Assembly: GCF_000195955.2 (NCBI RefSeq)
Contig: NC_000962.3
Location: 1,710,001 to 1,742,000 of the forward strand
From: Mycobacterium tuberculosis H37Rv
GTDB taxonomy: Bacteria > Actinomycetota > Actinomycetes > Mycobacteriales > Mycobacteriaceae
Reading direction: 5' to 3'
DNA: 32,000 nucleotides
Below are positions 26,519 to 32,000 of this stretch, one piece after another. The notes beneath the pieces were generated by a model. That model was given only the letters and a program-made list of their open reading frames with translations. It was not told the origin of the DNA and searched no databases. Both the position numbers and the translations under genes were made by a program. Every line of letters starts with the position of its first letter. Position 1 is the stretch's first letter.

Positions 26519-29500
26519 GTGACCGATAACGCATATCCAAAGCTGGCCGGCGGGGCACCCGACCTCCCGGCACTCGAACTCGAGGTCCTCGACTACTGGT
26601 CCCGTGACGACACCTTCCGGGCCAGCATTGCTCGCCGCGATGGCGCCCCCGAGTATGTGTTCTATGACGGGCCGCCGTTTGCCAACGGTCTGCCGCATTA
26701 TGGGCACCTGCTCACCGGCTACGTCAAAGACATCGTGCCGCGATATCGCACTATGCGCGGTTACAAGGTGGAGCGTCGCTTCGGCTGGGACACTCACGGG
26801 CTGCCCGCCGAACTCGAAGTCGAGCGCCAGCTTGGCATCACTGACAAATCCCAGATCGAGGCCATGGGTATCGCCGCCTTCAACGATGCCTGCCGCGCAT
26901 CCGTGTTGCGCTACACCGACGAGTGGCAGGCGTATGTAACTCGGCAAGCTCGCTGGGTCGACTTCGACAACGATTACAAGACGCTCGATCTGGCTTACAT
27001 GGAGTCGGTGATTTGGGCCTTCAAACAGTTGTGGGACAAGGGCCTGGCCTACGAGGGCTACCGGGTGCTGCCGTACTGCTGGCGCGACGAAACTCCGCTG
27101 TCGAATCACGAACTGCGGATGGACGACGACGTCTACCAAAGCCGCCAAGATCCCGCGGTAACGGTGGGCTTCAAGGTGGTGGGTGGCCAACCAGACAACG
27201 GGCTAGACGGTGCCTACTTGCTGGTGTGGACGACGACTCCGTGGACCCTGCCGTCGAACCTCGCAGTTGCGGTAAGCCCGGACATCACCTACGTACAGGT
27301 CCAGGCGGGCGATCGCCGTTTCGTACTGGCCGAGGCACGGCTGGCCGCTTACGCCCGCGAACTCGGTGAAGAGCCCGTGGTGCTCGGCACCTATCGCGGC
27401 GCCGAACTGCTGGGCACCCGCTACCTGCCGCCGTTTGCCTATTTCATGGACTGGCCCAACGCTTTTCAGGTGCTAGCAGGCGACTTTGTAACGACCGACG
27501 ATGGCACCGGCATCGTGCATATGGCACCGGCCTATGGTGAGGACGACATGGTGGTCGCGGAGGCGGTCGGTATCGCGCCGGTGACTCCGGTCGACTCCAA
27601 GGGACGCTTCGACGTCACCGTTGCCGATTACCAAGGGCAGCATGTCTTTGACGCCAACGCGCAGATCGTCCGGGACCTGAAGACCCAAAGCGGCCCGGCT
27701 GCGGTGAATGGCCCAGTGTTGATTCGTCACGAAACCTACGAGCACCCTTACCCACACTGCTGGCGATGCCGTAACCCGCTGATCTACCGGTCGGTGTCGT
27801 CGTGGTTCGTCAGGGTGACGGACTTCCGAGACCGCATGGTGGAGCTAAACCAGCAGATCACGTGGTATCCCGAACACGTCAAGGACGGCCAGTTCGGCAA
27901 GTGGCTGCAGGGCGCCCGCGATTGGTCGATCTCCCGGAATCGCTACTGGGGTACCCCGATTCCGGTATGGAAGTCCGACGACCCGGCCTACCCGCGCATC
28001 GATGTCTACGGCAGCCTCGACGAGCTGGAGCGCGACTTCGGCGTACGCCCGGCCAATTTGCACCGGCCCTACATCGACGAGCTCACCCGTCCCAACCCAG
28101 ACGATCCGACTGGCCGTAGCACGATGCGACGCATTCCCGATGTGCTCGACGTGTGGTTCGACTCGGGATCCATGCCGTATGCCCAGGTGCACTACCCGTT
28201 CGAGAACCTGGATTGGTTCCAGGGACACTACCCCGGCGACTTCATCGTCGAGTACATCGGGCAGACCCGTGGCTGGTTTTACACACTGCATGTGTTGGCG
28301 ACCGCGCTCTTTGACCGGCCGGCATTCAAAACCTGTGTGGCGCATGGGATTGTCCTTGGTTTCGATGGCCAGAAGATGAGCAAGTCGCTGCGCAACTATC
28401 CAGACGTAACAGAGGTGTTCGATCGCGACGGCTCCGACGCCATGCGGTGGTTCCTGATGGCATCGCCGATTCTGCGCGGCGGCAACCTGATCGTCACTGA
28501 GCAAGGAATTCGCGACGGTGTGCGACAAGTCCTGCTGCCCCTGTGGAACACCTACAGCTTCCTGGCGCTGTATGCACCGAAAGTCGGTACCTGGCGCGTC
28601 GATTCGGTGCACGTGCTGGATCGCTATATCCTGGCCAAGCTGGCGGTGCTGCGCGACGACCTCAGCGAGTCGATGGAAGTTTACGATATTCCCGGTGCCT
28701 GTGAACATTTGCGTCAGTTCACTGAGGCGTTGACTAATTGGTATGTGCGACGGTCGCGTTCGCGGTTCTGGGCAGAAGACGCCGATGCCATCGACACGCT
28801 ACACACCGTGTTGGAGGTGACCACGAGGCTGGCCGCCCCGCTGCTTCCGCTGATCACCGAGATAATCTGGCGTGGTCTGACACGCGAGCGATCGGTGCAC
28901 CTGACGGACTGGCCAGCGCCCGACCTGCTGCCGTCGGATGCCGACCTGGTCGCCGCGATGGACCAGGTCCGCGACGTGTGCTCGGCGGCATCCTCGCTGC
29001 GCAAGGCCAAGAAGCTACGGGTGCGCCTGCCGCTACCGAAACTCATTGTGGCAGTTGAGAATCCGCAACTTCTGAGGCCGTTCGTCGACCTCATTGGCGA
29101 CGAGCTTAACGTGAAGCAGGTCGAACTGACCGATGCCATCGACACCTATGGCCGATTCGAGCTCACGGTCAACGCCCGGGTAGCCGGACCACGGCTGGGC
29201 AAAGATGTGCAGGCCGCCATCAAGGCGGTCAAGGCCGGCGACGGCGTCATAAACCCGGACGGCACCTTGTTGGCGGGCCCCGCGGTGCTGACGCCCGACG
29301 AGTACAACTCCCGGCTGGTGGCCGCCGACCCGGAGTCCACCGCGGCGTTGCCCGACGGCGCCGGGCTGGTCGTTCTGGATGGCACCGTCACTGCCGAACT
29401 CGAAGCCGAGGGCTGGGCCAAAGATCGCATCCGCGAACTGCAAGAGCTGCGTAAGTCGACCGGGCTGGACGTTTCCGACCGCATCCGGGTGGTGATGTCG

Positions 29501-29644
29501 GTGCCTGCGGAACGCGAAGACTGGGCGCGCACCCATCGCGACCTCATTGCCGGAGAAATCTTGGCTACCGACTTCGAATTCGCCGACCTCGCCGATGGTG
29601 TGGCCATCGGCGACGGCGTGCGGGTAAGCATCGAAAAGACCTGA
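26519..29644 (+). CDS. ileS: Isoleucyl-tRNA synthetase
   Basis: Class I signatures are present: [13 protein letters not shown] (HIGH) and KMSKS (QKMSKSLRN). GTG at 26519 gives 1041 aa. The 52 upstream codons of the track ORF cover the T-box leader. Confidence 0.96.
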   Translation: MTDNAYPKLAGGAPDLPALELEVLDYWSRDDTFRASIARRDGAPEYVFYDGPPFANGLPHYGHLLTGYVKDIVPRYRTMRGYKVERRFGWDTHGLPAELEVERQLGITDKSQIEAMGIAAFNDACRASVLRYTDEWQAYVTRQARWVDFDNDYKTLDLAYMESVIWAFKQLWDKGLAYEGYRVLPYCWRDETPLSNHELRMDDDVYQSRQDPAVTVGFKVVGGQPDNGLDGAYLLVWTTTPWTLPSNLAVAVSPDITYVQVQAGDRRFVLAEARLAAYARELGEEPVVLGTYRGAELLGTRYLPPFAYFMDWPNAFQVLAGDFVTTDDGTGIVHMAPAYGEDDMVVAEAVGIAPVTPVDSKGRFDVTVADYQGQHVFDANAQIVRDLKTQSGPAAVNGPVLIRHETYEHPYPHCWRCRNPLIYRSVSSWFVRVTDFRDRMVELNQQITWYPEHVKDGQFGKWLQGARDWSISRNRYWGTPIPVWKSDDPAYPRIDVYGSLDELERDFGVRPANLHRPYIDELTRPNPDDPTGRSTMRRIPDVLDVWFDSGSMPYAQVHYPFENLDWFQGHYPGDFIVEYIGQTRGWFYTLHVLATALFDRPAFKTCVAHGIVLGFDGQKMSKSLRNYPDVTEVFDRDGSDAMRWFLMASPILRGGNLIVTEQGIRDGVRQVLLPLWNTYSFLALYAPKVGTWRVDSVHVLDRYILAKLAVLRDDLSESMEVYDIPGACEHLRQFTEALTNWYVRRSRSRFWAEDADAIDTLHTVLEVTTRLAAPLLPLITEIIWRGLTRERSVHLTDWPAPDLLPSDADLVAAMDQVRDVCSAASSLRKAKKLRVRLPLPKLIVAVENPQLLRPFVDLIGDELNVKQVELTDAIDTYGRFELTVNARVAGPRLGKDVQAAIKAVKAGDGVINPDGTLLAGPAVLTPDEYNSRLVAADPESTAALPDGAGLVVLDGTVTAELEAEGWAKDRIRELQELRKSTGLDVSDRIRVVMSVPAEREDWARTHRDLIAGEILATDFEFADLADGVAIGDGVRVSIEKT

Positions 29645-29658
29645 GGTCGACTGGGCGA

Positions 29659-29715
29659 CGAGCGTAACGTCACGGCTGAAAATCCGTGCCCGACTTCGCC
29701 GTGGCGTTACGCTCG
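29659..29715 (+). terminator. Strong stem-loop 15 nt after the ileS stop (18-bp arms, 1 mismatch, 21-nt loop)
   Basis: cgagcgtaacgtcacggc (29659-29676) pairs with gccgtggcgttacgctcg (29698-29715). No U-tract follows. Confidence 0.4.
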
Positions 29716-29855
29716 CGGCGCGGGGACCCGATCTCTAGGGCGTTGTCGCCCAGATCCACGTCGGCCAAGGCCGATGGCAGCGGCTGAGGTTGATCGCCAT
29801 AGCGAAAACTAGCTCGGTAGCCCCAAATAGCATCACGGGTGTGGAGTCCCGCTGG

Positions 29856-31247
29856 GTGCTGCACCTGGACATGGATGCGTTTTTCGCCTCGGTCGAACAG
29901 CTCACCCGGCCGACCCTGCGGGGGCGGCCGGTGCTGGTTGGCGGGCTGGGTGGGCGAGGTGTGGTGGCCGGCGCGAGCTATGAAGCGCGGGCCTACGGTG
30001 CCCGATCGGCCATGCCGATGCATCAGGCCCGCAGGCTGATCGGGGTGACGGCCGTGGTGTTGCCGCCACGCGGGGTGGTGTACGGGATCGCCAGCCGCCG
30101 GGTATTCGACACCGTGCGCGGCCTGGTGCCCGTCGTCGAACAGCTTTCTTTCGATGAAGCGTTCGCCGAACCGCCCCAACTCGCCGGGGCAGTGGCCGAG
30201 GACGTCGAGACGTTCTGCGAACGGTTGCGGCGACGGGTGCGCGACGAGACCGGCCTGATTGCCTCGGTCGGAGCGGGCTCGGGCAAGCAGATCGCCAAGA
30301 TTGCTTCTGGTCTGGCCAAACCCGACGGCATTCGGGTAGTCCGGCACGCTGAAGAGCAAGCGCTTCTCAGCGGATTGCCGGTACGACGGCTGTGGGGCAT
30401 CGGCCCGGTCGCCGAGGAAAAGCTGCATCGGCTCGGCATCGAGACGATCGGGCAGCTGGCCGCGCTGAGCGATGCCGAGGCGGCCAACATCCTAGGCGCG
30501 ACGATTGGGCCCGCGCTGCACCGGCTGGCCCGTGGCATCGACGACCGCCCAGTGGTGGAGCGCGCCGAAGCCAAGCAAATCAGCGCCGAGTCCACGTTCG
30601 CCGTCGATCTGACCACCATGGAGCAATTGCACGAGGCGATCGACTCCATCGCTGAGCACGCGCACCAACGCCTGCTGCGCGACGGCCGCGGCGCCCGCAC
30701 CATCACGGTGAAGCTAAAGAAATCCGACATGAGCACGCTAACCCGCTCGGCGACGATGCCCTACCCGACGACCGACGCCGGCGCGCTGTTTACGGTGGCC
30801 CGCCGGCTGCTGCCGGATCCACTGCAAATCGGGCCAATTCGTCTTCTGGGTGTTGGGTTTTCGGGTTTGAGCGACATTCGCCAGGAGTCGTTGTTTGCCG
30901 ACTCGGACTTGACGCAGGAAACGGCGGCAGCGCATTACGTCGAAACACCGGGAGCGGTCGTGCCGGCCGCGCACGACGCCACGATGTGGCGGGTCGGCGA
31001 TGACGTCGCCCACCCTGAGCTTGGGCACGGCTGGGTGCAGGGAGCGGGCCACGGCGTGGTCACCGTGCGGTTCGAAACGCGTGGTTCAGGCCCGGGCTCG
31101 GCGCGGACGTTCCCCGTCGACACCGGCGACATCAGCAACGCCAGCCCGCTTGACAGCTTGGACTGGCCGGACTACATCGGCCAGCTATCGGTCGAGGGGT
31201 CCGCCGGCGCCTCAGCCCCAACGGTCGATGACGTCGGCGACCGGTGA
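29856..31247 (+). CDS. dinX: Y-family DNA polymerase IV (DinB1) with a C-terminal extension
   Basis: [22 protein letters not shown] and SFDEAF are Y-family palm motifs. A clamp-binding QESLF lies at 30882-30896. GTG at 29856 gives 463 aa. GTG at 29841 is an alternative start that gives a more typical N-terminus. Confidence 0.9.
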
Positions 31248-32000
31248 GTTGGCCGCCAGCGCGGCCATTAGCAGCACCCGGGCCTGGGACGGCGGCAGTC
31301 GCGGTACCATCACCGCGCCAGCCTCCACCAGGTCGTGCCCGGGACCATAGCCTGCGCCGACCCGCGCGCCGGCGACCCGGGTAGACACCGCGATCACCAC
31401 CGGATCGCTCCCGTCTCGACAGTGGCGACGGACTCCCTCGATCACGGCGGCCCCGGCATTGCCCGAGCCCAGCGCCTCCAGCACCACGGCGCGCGCGCCG
31501 GCTGCCACACAGGCGTCCATCGCCACCGCGTCACTTCCCGGATAGACGGCGACGATGTCGACTCGTGGCGCCACGGCAGCGCCCAGATCGCCGAGATAGG
31601 GCCGCGTCTTGGTGCGCGTCAGCCGCACCCCGCCCGACGTGAAGCCAAGCGACTCGCCGGCGAATCCGCACAGGTCCGGGTTGGCCACCTTGTGCAGGCC
31701 CAAAGGCTGTAACACCCGGCCGCCGAAACTCACCAGCACCCCGAGGTCGCGGGCGGCTGGGTCGGCGGCGACCGCAAGCGCGTCGCGCAGATTGGCCGGG
31801 CCATCGGCGCCGGGGGCATCGGCGCTGAGCATGGCCCCGGTCAACACGACCGGGCGGCTACCCGCATAGGTGAGGTCCAGCCACAGAGCGGTCTCTTCGA
31901 GCGTATCGGTGCCGTGAGTGATGACCACCCCATCTGCGCCGCCGCGGAATGCCTCCTGCACTGCAGCGCCTATCCGGTCCCAATCGGCCGGCGTCAACTT
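31212..32000 (-). CDS. ansA: L-asparaginase, C-terminal ~260 residues (5' end outside the window)
   Basis: [13 protein letters not shown] and VVLTGAM are asparaginase signatures. The frame stays open to the window edge. The 3' end overlaps the dinX 3' end by 36 bp. Confidence 0.9.

Noticed and set aside
26339-28708. 283-aa and 287-aa minus-strand ORFs opposite ileS, and the 252-aa and 237-aa ORFs opposite dinX (29670-30736)
   Set aside because: They are antisense to strongly supported genes and show no recognisable domains.
1-32000. Search for a CRISPR array, IS element or transposase, integrase, tRNA or rRNA, toxin-antitoxin pair or phage-defence operon
   Set aside because: I found no spaced direct repeats, terminal inverted repeats with a transposase ORF, cloverleaf-like sequences or defence-type domains on either strand. 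Every large ORF is accounted for by metabolic, cell-envelope or housekeeping functions.

Overview
High-GC (~65%) actinobacterial chromosome. From the translated ORFs and gene order I recognise it (recollection, no search run) as the Mycobacterium tuberculosis complex region Rv1518 to Rv1538c, roughly 1.71-1.74 Mb in H37Rv. Bases 1-21256 hold a polyketide-glycolipid locus: GT2 and GT1 glycosyltransferases, a SAM methyltransferase, wbbL2, mmpL12, the 2108-aa type I PKS pks5, a short papA4, and the FAAL pair fadD25 and fadD24. It corresponds to the lipooligosaccharide (LOS) locus of M. marinum and M. canettii but shows visible decay. Bases 21373-25411 carry adh, a CMD-family gene, a PaaI-like thioesterase, a nitronate-monooxygenase-like gene and a TetR gene. 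Then follow an M-box riboswitch with a small gene (Rv1535-like), a T-box leader with ileS, dinX (dinB1) and the 3' part of ansA. I found no rRNA, tRNA, CRISPR array, IS element or prophage. I see no convincing wholly new system. The points most worth follow-up are: (1) the thioesterase-less Pks5 next to a one-third-length PapA; (2) a UvrD/PcrA-like Tudor-type segment after the clamp motif of DinX; (3) a Shine-Dalgarno-preceded 26-codon ORF between the M-box and its gene; (4) a duplicated HSLPLFG motif in the MmpL12 tail; (5) predicted leaderless promoters, including a 10-mer shared by fadD24 and adh. The many long antisense or alternate-frame ORFs in the track are treated as high-GC artefacts.
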